Of a DNA stretch of 64,000 nucleotides, positions 1-11,396 are shown one piece after another (the first letter of the stretch is position 1; each line of letters begins with the position of its first letter). The notes below the pieces were generated by a model that saw nothing but the letters and a program-made list of their open reading frames with translations, did not search any database and was not told the DNA's origin. The stretch lies in the NCBI RefSeq assembly GCF_963921235.1, contig NW_026948187.1, forward strand, positions 6,634,001-6,698,000, read 5' to 3'. A program made the translations under genes and the position numbers. Source of the stretch: Mobula hypostoma. Taxonomy: Eukaryota.

Positions 1-375
1 ATTCTGTTGTTGCTTTATCTTGTTCTACCCCTCAGTGTGTTGCGTGTGAACAGCACGCCAGGCGAACATTTCACTCCATGTCCGTACACGTGGCAACAAT
101 AAGCAGGCTTATCTCCGTTTAAACATTCTATAATCGCGTTTCCATTGTAAAAAAACATAAATAATATCGATGCGATGTAACAATCCAAACCAAAGCAAAG
201 TTTCACAACGGGACACAAGGCAACCGGAAGCTTTTCCTAAGCACACCCACCCGCGACACAGTCCCCATCCTCCATCGTTTCCTGTCCGTCACCTTATGTA
301 CAGGCATTCCCGGGTCCAGCGACAATCTATGTCTGTGTATTTATAACTTTTGAGTGTTTCTGTATTATTGGGTTA

Positions 376-1255
376 GACAATAAGACATAAGACCATAAGA
401 TACAGGAGCAGAATTTGTCAATTTGGCCATTTGCCTTACTGTGCTATTTCATCATGCCTGATCCATTTTCCTCTCAGCCCCAATCTCCCGTCTTCTCCCC
501 GGATCCCCTTATGCCCTGACAAATTAAGAATCTATCAACCTCTGCCTTAAATATAGCCAATGACTTGGCCTCCTCATCTCCGTTCTAAGATGACGCCCCT
601 CTATTCTGAGACTGTGCCCTCTGGTCGTAGACTCCCCTACCATAGGAAACATCCTCTCCACATGCACACTATCTGTGCCCTCTGGTCGTAGACTCCCCCA
701 CTATAGGAAACATCCTCTCCACGTCCACGTTATCTGTGCCCTCTGGTCCTAGACTCCCTCACTATAGCAAACTTCCTCTCCACATCCACTCTATCTGTGT
801 CCTCTCGTCCTAGACTCCCCCACAAAAGGAAACATCCTCTCCACATCTACTCTATCTGTGTCCTCTGGTCCTAGACTCCCCCACTACAGGAAACATCCTC
901 TCCACATCCACTCTAACTGTGTCGTCTGGTCCTAGACTCCCCCACTATAGGAAACATCCTCTCCACATCCACTCTATCTGTGTCCTCTGGTCCGAGACTC
1001 CCCCACTACAGGAGACATCCTCTCCACATCCATGTACCTGTGTCCTCTGGTCCTAGACTCCCCCACTATAGGAAACATCCTCTCCACATCCACTCTATCT
1101 GTGTCCTCTGGTCCTAGACTCCCCCAGTACAGGAAACATCCTCTCCACATCCACTCTAACTGTGTCCTCTGGTCCTAGACTCCCCCACTATAGGAAACAT
1201 CCTCTCCACATCCACTCTATCAAGACCTTTCAACATGTGATAAGGTTCATTGAGA
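376..1255 (-). mobile_element. CR1-type LINE 3' fragment containing an internal ~61-bp tandem amplification
   Basis: Tail AGACAATAAGACATAAGACCATAAG and a body similar to the other CR1 3' ends in the window. Confidence 0.75.
612..1220. repeat. ~61-bp minisatellite, about 10 copies, CR1-derived
   Basis: Unit CTGTGTCCTCTGGTCCTAGACTCCCCCACTATAGGAAACATCCTCTCCACATCCACTCTAT; CCACATC recurs at 841, 902 and 963. Confidence 0.9.
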
Positions 1256-1637
1256 TCCCCCCCCCCCCCCACCCCGCCATTAATTTAAACTACAGTGAGT
1301 AGATTCCCAAATTCTCATATGATATGTCCATCAATACCGGAATCATTTTCGTAAACCTCATTTGAAACTTCGCCAGTGATGTTAATCTCATTACTTGTCT
1401 TTGCGCGCTGCATCGGATCCGAATAACAATAATTTCGCTCTCCTTTATACGGTGTACTGGAATCTTAAACCCGACGACGGCGAGCCGATTTACCAGTCGG
1501 CGCAGTTTTGGGCCGAATGGTGTGGCGGAGGTTGTGCCGCACTGGCGGAGAGGGTGGGCCCCGCAGGCCAGGGTCGAGGCCTCCGCCTGGCTGCGGGAGC
1601 TCTGAGGGCTCCCGGGTCTGCTTGCCGCCTTGGGGGT

Positions 1638-1676
1638 GGTTTTTGTACAGCGACTGCCTTGGATTGTAACACAGTG
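1638..1676 (-). other. 3' 23-RSS of the TRB D segment
   Basis: Minus strand: heptamer CACTGTG (1676-1670), 23-nt spacer, consensus nonamer ACAAAAACC (1646-1638). Confidence 0.95.
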
Positions 1677-1690
1677 TCCCCCCCTGTCCC
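1677..1690 (-). CDS. TRBD: T-cell receptor beta diversity (D) gene segment
   Basis: GGGACAGGGGGGGA flanked by a 5' 12-RSS and a 3' 23-RSS. The core GGGACAGGGGG matches the conserved vertebrate TRBD1. Open in all three frames (GTGG, GQGG, DRGG). Confidence 0.95.
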
Positions 1691-1718
1691 CACGGTGTGA
1701 GAGAGTCATACAAAAAGC
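1691..1718 (-). other. 5' 12-RSS of the TRB D segment
   Basis: Plus strand: CACGGTG (1691-1697), 12-nt spacer, ACAAAAAGC (1710-1718). Confidence 0.95.
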
Positions 1719-1752
1719 AGCGCCAGCGACGCTAGGCGCCGCCTTCTCGCGA

Positions 1753-1800
1753 ACTTACCGGGGGGAGGCGGGGTGCGATGGAGCAGGTGTCTGTGACTCA
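1753..1800 (-). promoter_or_regulatory. Candidate D-beta germline promoter elements
   Basis: GC box GAGGCGGGG 1765-1773, E-box CAGGTG 1784-1789, AP-1 TGACTCA 1794-1800 and a minus-strand donor CG|GTAAGT at 1759/1758, all immediately 5' of the D 12-RSS. Confidence 0.4.
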
Positions 1801-2769
1801 ATGCTTTCACTATTAGGTCTTTATTTCTTATTTTGAAATTCATCCTCTCCCGTTTCCCCTCCCCTCCCTCTCTTTTCCTTCATCTTCGCTCTCTTTTCTC
1901 CGTTAATACCTTTACCCTTCCCTTTCTCTCTTCCTCCTACCCCCTCCTCCGCTCTCCCGTCCGTATCCGCCGGAGATGGAGAATTGGGGACCGTTCCCCG
2001 AAGGGATGAGCCGACGCCGGCAGGAGACGGTCCTGTTCCCGCCCTCACTCCTCTATTCCCTCCAGCCAGTTCCACGGGGGAGAAGAGGCTTCAGGACTCC
2101 TTACGGTGTAGCACATCCGGGTGCGAGGTTATCGGCTTTCCGAGGTATGTGACGTTAGTTCCTTCTTCTCCCCTCCCCCCCTTCCTTTCTTTCGCCCATC
2201 CCTTCGTTGAAGCCTCCCTCCCGTCCAGTTCCATATTTACAACCCTCCGCCTCTTCAGTCTCTCCGGGCGGGGGGATGAGGAGGAGCTGGACTCCCTTCG
2301 GCCCTCTTTCGTGTTAGCACCTCGGCTTTCTGAGGTATCCGACGTTGCTTCCTCCTGCCTTTCCTCCGCAATTGTCTTCCTTGTCCTCCCTTCCAGTTCC
2401 TGACCTCCTTCCCGCCATCCTCCTTGCTCCCACCCTTGCTTTCCCCCCGTCTCCTGTTCCCATCCTCTCTCGCTCCCTCCCCCCTCCGTCCCGGACCTCA
2501 TTCCACTTTCCCCCCACCCTCCTTCTTTCCCGCTTCCCGCCCCCTGTCCCAAAACCCCTTCTGTAATTCTTCTCAAGCTGGTTCATTCCTTGATTTTGAT
2601 TTTCCCGCCCCCGCCCTCCCTTCCAGACTCCCTTCATTTCTTCCTTCCTGCCCCATCCCCCTTCCTCCTTTTACCGGCCCATCTTTCTTCCCTTCGGTTC
2701 GCCCATCTTCCCTCTCTTTCGCGCACGATGTTTGTTTCTTCGTTCGCTTCCACCTCTCTTTTCCTTCCT

Positions 2770-5700
2770 GCTATTCATGAGAAAGTGGAGATCGCCTGCA
2801 ATTCCTGCTAGTGAGGAATGGAAAGTTAATCATCAGGTTGTTGTTCCTAAAATTTACCGAAATGAGATTTTGACTATGGCTCATAGTATTCCCTTGGGTG
2901 ATCATTTACGGGTAAAGAAAACTATGAACAAAGTTTCTAAACATTTTTATTGGCCTCGTATAAGCCAAGATGTGGCGGCATTTTGTAGAACGTGTCATAC
3001 ATGTCAAATTGTTGTTAAACCTAATCAGGTTACTCCAGTGGCCCCACTGCAAACAATTCCTGTATTCGGTGAGCCGTTTTCAAAAATCATTGTAGACTGT
3101 GTAGGTCCTTTGCCAAAAACTAAAACTGGACATCAATATTTATTAACTATTCTGTGCACAGCGTCTAGGTTTCCAGAGGCAGAACCTCTTAGGAAAATAA
3201 CAGCGAAAACTGTGACAAAGGCTCTTATAAAATTCTTCACTTATTTTGGGCTGCCTAAGGAAATACAATCAGATCAAGGTAGTAATTTTATGTCTGAGTT
3301 GTTTCAGCAGATAGTTTATAAACTGGGAGCAAAGGAGATTATTTCCTCAGCCTATCATCCACAATCACAAGGAGCCTTGGAGAGATTTCATTCTGCACTA
3401 AAAACTATGATTAAGACATATTGTGTGGAATATGAAAAGGACTGGGAGAAAGGTATACATTTACTACTTTTTGCAGTAAGGGAGGCAGTACAGGAATCAT
3501 TAGGTTTTAGTCCTGTTGAACTTGTGTTTGGATATAGAGTTCGGGACCCTTGGCTTTGTTGAAGGAACAGTGGATTAATAAAGAAGTACACACTAGTTTG
3601 TTAGATTATGTTTTGAAATTTAAAGACAGATTGTACAAAGCTTGTAGTTTGGCCAAGGAAAATTTAAAGTTAGCTCAAGAGAAGATGAAGACGTGGTGTG
3701 ATAAGGAAGCTAGGATGAGGTCATTTAAGCCTGGAGATAAGGTGTTGGTTCTTTTCCCAGTGCAAACAAACCAATGACAAGCCAAATTCCATGGTCCTTA
3801 TGAGATTAAATCGAAGGTAAATGTTGTGGATTATGTGGTAACAACCCCAGATAGGAGAAAGACAACACAGTTGTGTCATATAAATATGATAAAACCGTAT
3901 TATGAAAGAGAAATTGCTACTATGACTGTTGTGATCGATTTTGAGTCTGATTTTGATGAAAGTCAGGATTCATCTGAAACTCATTTTAAATCCAACATTA
4001 TTTCAGCCAGGTTGCCAAATTCAAAAATTCTGGAAAACATTGATGACAAATTAGCTCATTTACAGCCGGAACAGAGAGAACAGATGAAAAGGTTAATTTT
4101 TAAATATAGGGATTTATTTCCAGACGTCCCTAGAAGAACCACCGTAGCTACGCATGATGTAGATGTGGGAGATGCAAAACCCATAAAAAAAACATCCGTA
4201 TCGAATGAACAGGGAAAAATGTGAACTTGCTGAACAGGAAATTAAGTATATGTTAATAAATGATATTATTAGACATTCTAATTCGAATTGGAGTTCACCG
4301 CGTGTTATGGTGCCTAAACCAGACCATAGTATTAGGTTTTGTACGGATTACAGAAAAGTGAATGGCGTGACAAAAACTGATGCATATCCAATCCCTAGGG
4401 TAGATGATTGTGTGGATAAAGTTGGACAGACCAAATTCCTTACAAAAATTGATTTGTTAAAAGGTTATTGGTGTGTTCCATTGACGGATAAAGGTAGAGA
4501 GATTTCAACATTTGTAACCCCATCTGGGTTATATGAATATAATGTTCTTCCATTTGGGATGAATAATGCACCAAGTACTTTTCAGAGAATGATTAATAGC
4601 ATGATCCAGGGATTAAAAGATACAGATGCCTATATTGATGATCTGGTTACAGGGAATAATACGTGGAAAGCACATATTGCGCCGGTGGAGAAATTATTTG
4701 AGAGACTTTCAAAAACTAATTTAACTATTAACATCCAAAAGTGAATTTCGTCATGCTACAGTGACTTACCTTGATTCTGCTGTTGATCAGGGGAAATTAG
4801 CACCTGTTCAAGCAAAAGTTCAGGCAATTTTGGAAGTACCCACTCCCACTGGTAGAAAAACCCTCAGAAGATTCTTGGGTATGGTAGGATATTACAAAAA
4901 ATTTTGTAAGGATTTTGCAAACGTTGCTCTTCCATTAGCTAATCTCTTGAAGAAAAATGAGAAGTTTGTTTGGACAGAGTCTTCTCAGGAGGCACTTGAT
5001 AAATTGAAAGCTTTAGTATGTAGTCAACCTGTACTTAAATCTCCTGACTTGGAAAAAACATTTTCGTTAGCTGTAGATGCTAGAGATGAAGCTGCAGGAG
5101 CAGTGTTACTTCAAAAAGATGATGGTGATGAAGTTGATCGTCCGGTAGCTTATTTTTCTAAGAAATTTACTGCCCACCAAAGAAATTATTCAACAATAGA
5201 AAAAGAATTGTTATCTCTTGTTTTAGCTTTGCAACATTTTGAAGTATATGTTGGTTCTACGTATAAACCACTCACAGTTTATACCGATCACAATCCATTA
5301 GTGTTTTTAAGTAAGATGAAAGACAAAAATAGAAGATTATTAAATTGGAGTTTAATGTTACAGGAGTACAATATTTTGATCACTCAGATTAAGGGTAAAG
5401 ATAATGTGATCGCTGATTGTCTGTCTAGATGTTAAATGTGCAATGAAAATTAGTTTTTTTTGGAGTGATAGTTTAACATTTCTAACACTCCTTCTGTACA
5501 TTAGTTTGCAAAGGGCTGAAAGATAAGATTGTATATATTGTGCATTTTGTAAATTTTATACCTTTGTATTTTTTTTGTATAAATTGTTAAAATTTTGTTC
5601 TTCAAGAGACCAAATTTTTTTTTGGAGGGAACTGTGTTACATGTTCAAGGAGATCTGTTTTTTTTTGTGATAATGATGTAATGGTCTTTTGGAGGTCACC

Positions 5701-6480
5701 TGATGTGATTTTCCCGCCGATGTGAGGTCATGTGATGACAGGTGCCCCGTGACTATATAAGGGTCGACCCAGGTGACGCAGTTTAGTTTTTTTGAGTTTG
5801 TAGATTTCCGGGTAGAACCTGTTGTGCCTCCGTTTTTGTTGCGAGTTTGTTTTTGTGACGCGGTTTCATTTTTAAAACGGAAGGTGCGTTCTCTTACAAG
5901 ATATTGTATTATTGGACTGGGAATTTGTGGCTGGAAGTGCCAATTTACTCAATTCCGACAGTTTTGAAGGGAGAGTGAAGAACTCACCGAAGTGAAGGTT
6001 CGAGAGAAGTCGGCATCGTTTGGCAGTTTAATAAAGGATCGACCTTATTGAGTTTTCGTTGAAGAGAAGCTGCATTCAGATAACTCTTGTAAAAGCGCAA
6101 TGAGTTCATGCACCAAGGTGCTCTCTCTCTCTCTAAAGGAATTTAAGGTCAGTCGATTTAAACTGGTTATTTTCGGCATCGGGAGTCCTGTGCACAGAAC
6201 CGGCAGTAAAAGTGCGTCGGTGAAGAAATCTTTCTCCAGAGAAGTCTCTCCCAATTGAATGTGTAAAACTGTTGTACTTTCGAAGTTATCGCTTTAAGAA
6301 CTATATCTGACTGTATCGCTTTAAGAACTGTTTTCGCATTTAACGCTTTAAGAACCAGAGCCGAGTGGAGTTGGTTAAAGGTTTCCTTTGTTTTTCTCTC
6401 CCTTATCGTTTATACCTGGTTAATAAATGTTTTTATAAAACCTGTCTCTATTAATATTCATTGTTGCCGGTTTCGTAACA
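2770..6480 (+). mobile_element. 5'-truncated, defective Ty3/Gypsy LTR retrotransposon of Gmr1 type (integrase-RT-RNase H order) with its 3' LTR
   Basis: Integrase 2732-3777 (H..H/C..C zinc finger, IIVDCVGPL, SDQGSNF, then GPY in KFHGPYEIK), RT 4205-4744 (CTDYRKVN, LPFGM, AYIDDL), RNase H 4761-5435 (AVDA, TDHNPL, NVIADCLSR). Frameshifts and stops are present. Confidence 0.92.
5635..6480 (+). repeat. 3' LTR of the Gypsy element
   Basis: Follows a purine tract GGAGGGA. Begins TGTTAC and ends GTAACA (inverted termini). TATA-like CTATATAA near 5753 and AATAAA at 6422. Confidence 0.8.
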
Positions 6481-6514
6481 CTGTACCCTCCTCTCTTTTC
6501 TTCATTCCATCTTT

Positions 6515-7325
6515 CTGACAATAGACAGTAGGTGCAGGAGTAGGCCATTCGGCCCTTCGAGCCAGCACCGCCATTCACTGTGATCGTGCTGATCATCCAC
6601 AATCAGTACCCCGTTCCTGCCTTCTCCCCATATCCCTTCACTCCACTATCATTAAGAGCACTATCTAACTCTTTCTTGAACGCATCCAGAGAATTGGCCT
6701 CCACTGCCTTCTGGGGCAGAGCATTCCACAGATCCACAACCCTCTGTGCGAAAAAGGTTTTCTTCAACTCCGTTCCAAATGGCCTACCCCTTATTCTCAA
6801 ACTGTGGCCTCCGGTTCTGGACTCCCCCAACATCGGGGACATGCCTCCTGCCTCCAGCGTGTCCAATCCCTTAATAATCTTATATGTTTCAATCAGATCC
6901 CCTCTCATCCTTCTAAATTCCAGAGTACACAAGCCCGGTCGCTCCAACCTTTCAACATATGACAGTCCCGCCATCCCGGAAATTAACCCAGTGAACCTAC
7001 GCTGCACTCCCTCAATAGCAAGAATGTCGCTCCTCAAATTTGGAGACCAAAACTGCACACAGTACTCCAGGTGTGGTCTCACCAGGGCCCTGTACAGCTG
7101 CAGAAGGACCTCTTTGCTCCTATACTCAACTCCCCTTGTTATGAAGGCCAGCATGCCATTAGCTTTCTTCACTGCCTGCTGTACCTGCATGATTATGATG
7201 AGCAAGGTCACCTAGATCTCGTTCTACTTCCCCTTTTCCTAACTTGGCACCAATCAGATTCTTGCCACCAAAGTGGATAACCTCACATTTATCCGCATGA
7301 AACTGCATCTGCCATTGAAAGCTAT
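6515..7325 (-). mobile_element. CR1 LINE ORF2 3' fragment
   Basis: ORF 6603-7211 contains LYRALVRPHLEYCVQFWSP and RRMRGDLIETYKI. Confidence 0.9.
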
Positions 7326-7874
7326 TCTGCTTCCCACCCTTGTCTGCCTTCCGTTCCCTCTTCCTTCCTTTCTTTCTCCTTCTTCCCTTCCCCGTCCCTT
7401 CTTCCATCCTTTCCTCCTCCCCGTGCTTGGTTCCCCCCCGCCTCCCCCAACATTATTTTCTTCTTTTCCGCCTGCGGTTAGCGGACCCCTTCACAACGCC
7501 GGCGACGATGGTTCCATTCCTGCTGCGGTCTGCTTCCACGTTTTCCCCACGGCCGATTCCCACCCGCCCCACCCCCCGCCACAGTCTGGGTTCGTGAAGT
7601 GTGGACATGCCGTGTTGACGCCGGAGGCGTGGCGACACTTTCGGGCTGCCCCCAGCGTACCCTTGATCTCCATTGCTGGTGCCAGGTCAATCGGAACCTT
7701 CCTTGATCCATCTCGCCCTTTCTCCTTTCCTTACACTCAACCTTTCCCCTTTCCCTCTAACACCCTCTCCGCCCGCATTCCCTCCTCTCTCCCTCTTCCC
7801 GTTCTTCCCTTTTTTCCCTCCCCTCCCTCACTCACTCTCTCCTCCGGGATCAGGGATCAAATTTACATCGATTA

Positions 7875-8445
7875 TTGATTGATATAGCGAGAGGATTCGA
7901 GTACAGGAGCAGGGAGGTACTACTGCAGTTGTACAAGGCCTTGGTGAGACCACACCTGGAGTATTGTGTGCAGTTTTGGTCCCCTAATCTGAGGAAAGAC
8001 ATCCTTGCCTTAGAGGGAGTACAGAGAAGGTTCACCAGATTGATTCCTGGGATGGCAGGTCTTTCATATGAAGAAAGACTGGATGAACTGGGCTTGTACT
8101 CGTTGGAATTTAGAAGATTGAGGGGGGATCTGATTGAAACGTATAAGATCCTAAAGGGATTGGACAGACTAGATGCAGGAAGATTGTTCCCGATGTTGGG
8201 GAAGTCCAGAACGAGGGGTCACAGTTTGAGGATAGAGGGGAAGCCTTTTAGGACCGAGATGAGGAAAAACTTCTTCACACAGAGAGTGGCGAATCTGTGG
8301 AATTCTCTGCCACAGGAAACAGTTGAGGCCAGTTCATTGGCTATAATTAAGAGGGAGTTAGATATGGCCCTTGTGGCTACGGGGGTCAGGGGGTATGGAG
8401 GGAAGGCAGGTACAGGGTTCTGAGTTGGATGATCAGCCATGATCA
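7875..8445 (+). mobile_element. CR1 LINE ORF2 3' fragment
   Basis: ORF 7875-8423 contains LYKALVRPHLEYCVQFWSP and FFTQRVANLWNSLP. Confidence 0.9.
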
Positions 8446-8704
8446 GAAATTATGAGGATAACGAATTATATAAAAGTGAAGTTAGAGGTTCCATTGGAGA
8501 TAGGGAATAAAATATGCAAAATTAAAATGTACTGAAATTCCAGCATTTATTGTTTACAATATAAAAAATATTTTACATTGAAGTAGTGGTTTAAACGTCT
8601 GCAGTACAGTCGCAGGGCTAATAGAGAGAGTGGGGAGGGGTGACAAACTAGAATGGTTGATCAGATTAGCTGCCGGGGAGAGTAAACTTCAAAGATGGTT
8701 CGCG

Positions 8705-9080
8705 GGTGTGTGTTTGTGTGGATGTCTGTGTGTGTGTGTCTGTGCTGTGTGTGTGGTGCGTGTCTGTGGTGTGTGTGTATGTGTGTGTGTGTGTGAGTGT
8801 GTGCGTGTGTGTTTGTGTGTTTGTGTGTGTGTGTGTATGTGTGCGTGTGTCTGTGTGTGTGGGTGTGCGCGTATATGTCTCCTTGTGTATATGTGTCTGT
8901 GGTGTGGGTGTGTGTGCGCGTCTGTGCTCTGTGTGTGTATGGGTGTGTGTGCGCGCATGTCTGTCTGTGTACGTGTGGCTGTTGTGTGTATGTGTTTGCG
9001 TGTCTGTCGCGTGTGTGTCTGTGTGTGTAGGATTGGGAGGGATGGGAAAGGGGCTCGTTCTATTGGTGTGTGTGTGTGAG
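8705..9080. repeat. Degenerate (TG)n microsatellite
   Basis: Long imperfect TG run. Confidence 0.95.
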
Positions 9081-9084
9081 TGGG

Positions 9085-9290
9085 CGCGCCTGAGTGTTAT
9101 TTGCTTTCCGGAGGGTTTTTTGGAGAAGGCAGTTCGTAGGGCGTGTAATATCCGCCACGATTCTGCCAGCTCGCTTCTTCGTCCTGGACGCGCAAACGCC
9201 CGGCACTGATGGTAGACTGCAGCCAATAACGTGATCTGCTCTCTCGAAAGTTCGCCGTAGTTCTCGTATCACCCCGATCAGAGAGTAACG
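9085..9290 (-). mobile_element. Rex1/Babar-type non-LTR retrotransposon fragment
   Basis: Translation VIGCSLPSVPGVCASRTKKRAGRIVAD resembles the C-terminal RT tail of the other Rex-like copies here. Confidence 0.6.
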
Positions 9291-9499
9291 GCTGATGTGA
9301 GGATTTTCTCCGTGACGGCAGTGCACTTCCTCCCTCCCGTTTCCACTTCCCCCTTTCTTCCTTCCTACTTTCCTCCCACCCCTCCCTTCCTCCGCCATTT
9401 CCACTTTCCTTCTCCCGGCTCTCTCCTCCCTCCCCCTTCCCTCTCTGACAACTATTTCTCCCTGTCCGCTCTTCTCATCCCTCCTCTCCCTTCTTTACA

Positions 9500-9611
9500 T
9501 CCCGGGCATTGGCCGACGGCGTTCTCCGGAGGGAGCTTCCGGGAAAGAGGGCAGCCTCGCAGAGGGGCGGACTCCAGCACTGATTTGCCCGCCCCGCCTC
9601 CTGATCCCGGA

Positions 9612-9655
<44 letters not shown>

Positions 9656-10208
9656 TTCCGCAGCGACGGCGGACTGCCGGACTGCGGTCGGTGATCTTTT
9701 TTCCCGCAGTCCTGACGGTCCGCTCTAGTTCTTGTATATTGCGAGCTGGACGCTGCAGTGGTCCGAATTGGAATGCCCGATGCGCGAGGGCTCCCTATGA
9801 CGTCAGTGAACTCCCTCTCTCCCTTCTCTCCCCCCCTCCCCCCCGCCCTTCACCCTCCCCCTCCCCTCCCCTCCTTACTGGCGCCCTTTATCCCGGCAGC
9901 GCCCCCGAAACGGCGGCCCCGCTCCGCCCGCATCCGCCCCTAACAGGTCGGCCAGTTCTACGCATCTCTTGGGAGGAGGTGGCGCCTGTCCACTCATTAT
10001 CATATCTGACGCTCCCCGCCCCTGGCTGTCTGCCCAGCTTGCGCGCAGACGCGCGGTAAACTCGCAGCGAGCCGGTCTCCCTGTCTCCTGTACGGCCTCA
10101 CCCTCGGGCCCGCCGCACCCCGGGACGGTCTCCGGGAGCGTTGAACATTACCGGCAGCGGAGGAGGACTATTCCCGCGGCGTGACCTTGCAAGTTCGCCC
10201 AGGTGAGT
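9500..10208 (+). promoter_or_regulatory. CpG-rich promoter-like region ending in a consensus 5' splice site (antisense to TRB)
   Basis: GC boxes near 9574-9597, full CRE TGACGTCA 9798-9805 and CAG|GTGAGT at 10202/10203. No ATG-led leader precedes the donor. Confidence 0.4.
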
Positions 10209-10389
10209 ACCCGAGTCACGAAACACAGTTTGAATCTGTTTTTAACTAATCATAAGGCAATGAAGGTCTGTGGAACTGTGAATAGAATTAACTGAAACTA
10301 AGTTAGATCAGGCTGCATTGTTCTGATCGCCGTATGGTCCCTGTCAGCCAAACACAGCGAGCATCGTGCACGGCAGCCGTCTCCCTATC

Positions 10390-11205
10390 CCCCTGCATCA
10401 GGCCCATACGCCAGGAGCACTGTGCATCGTTTCCCCCTGCATTTCCCCCGGGTCAGACCAACACTCCGGAGGCACCGTGCACTCTGACGCCGCCGTATCC
10501 CCCTGGGTCTGACCCACACACACCGGGAGCACCGTGCACAGTTCCTGTCTCCGTATCCACTCGGGTCAGACCCACGAACCTGGAGCACCGTGCACAGTGC
10601 CCGTCTCCGTATCCCCCCTAGGTCAGACCCACACACAGGGGACACCGTGCACAGTTCCCGTCTCCGTATCCCCCCTGGGTCAGACCCACACACACCGGGA
10701 GCACCATGCACAGTTCCCGTCTCCGTATCCCCCCCCCGGGTCAGACCCACACACACCGGGAAAACCGTTCACAGTTCCCATCTCCGTATCTCCGTAGGGC
10801 AGACCCACAAACCAGTAGCGCCGTGCACAGTTCCCGTCTCCGTATCCTCCCGGGTGAGACCCACACACACCGGGAGCACCGTGCACAGTTCCCGTCTCCG
10901 TATCACCCCCCCTCGGTCAGACCCACACACACCGGGAGCACCATGCACAGTTCCCGTCTCCGTATCCTCCCGGGTGAGACCCACGCACACCGGGAGCACC
11001 GTGCACAGTTCCCGTTTCCGTATCCTCCCGGGTGAGACCCACACACACCGGGAGCACCGTGCACAGTTCCCATCTCCGTATCCACCCGGGACAGACCCAC
11101 ACACACCGGGAGCACCGTGCACAGTTCCCGTCTCTGTATCCCCCCGGGTCAGACCCACACACACCGGGTCAGACCCACACACACCGGGAGCACCGTTCTC
11201 GTCTC
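10390..11205 (+). repeat. ~58-bp GC-rich minisatellite, array A
   Basis: Unit CCCCCCGGGTCAGACCCACACACACCGGGAGCACCGTGCACAGTTCCCGTCTCCGTAT. Confidence 0.92.
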
Positions 11206-11396
11206 CGTGTTCCGGCTGGCCAGAAGCACACGCCCGGGGTCTACGTTCACGCTTCACGCCTCGATGTGGAGATACGAGCGACTGCAGGGTTTGGACTCTG
11301 AATAAATCACGCAAACTGCTGAAGGAGCTCAGCGGGTCGATCAGCATCTGTAGGGGGTGGTGTTTTACTCAGTGTCCCTGTTGCCGCAACTTTTCA

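Noticed and set aside
1455-1530. J-like peptide FGPKLRRLVNRLAVVG downstream of D.
   Set aside because: It is not FGXG, has no 12-RSS upstream and no in-phase GT donor. True J segments are presumably left of the window.
2090-2170. 12-nt match (AAGCCGATAACC; KPITS) to the V pseudogene.
   Set aside because: No Cys, Trp or RSS; a 12-mer match is expected by chance at this scale.
8630-9226. Many ORFs in TG, GA, CT and TCTA repeats (also 14.9-15.6, 27.2-27.7, 31.2-31.6 and 45.0-45.6 kb and their copies).
   Set aside because: Low-complexity artefacts.
11347-11360. Fourth CTCF-like word TCTGTAGGGGGTGG.
   Set aside because: Weaker match lying at the end of a repeat-derived segment; not counted in the cluster.
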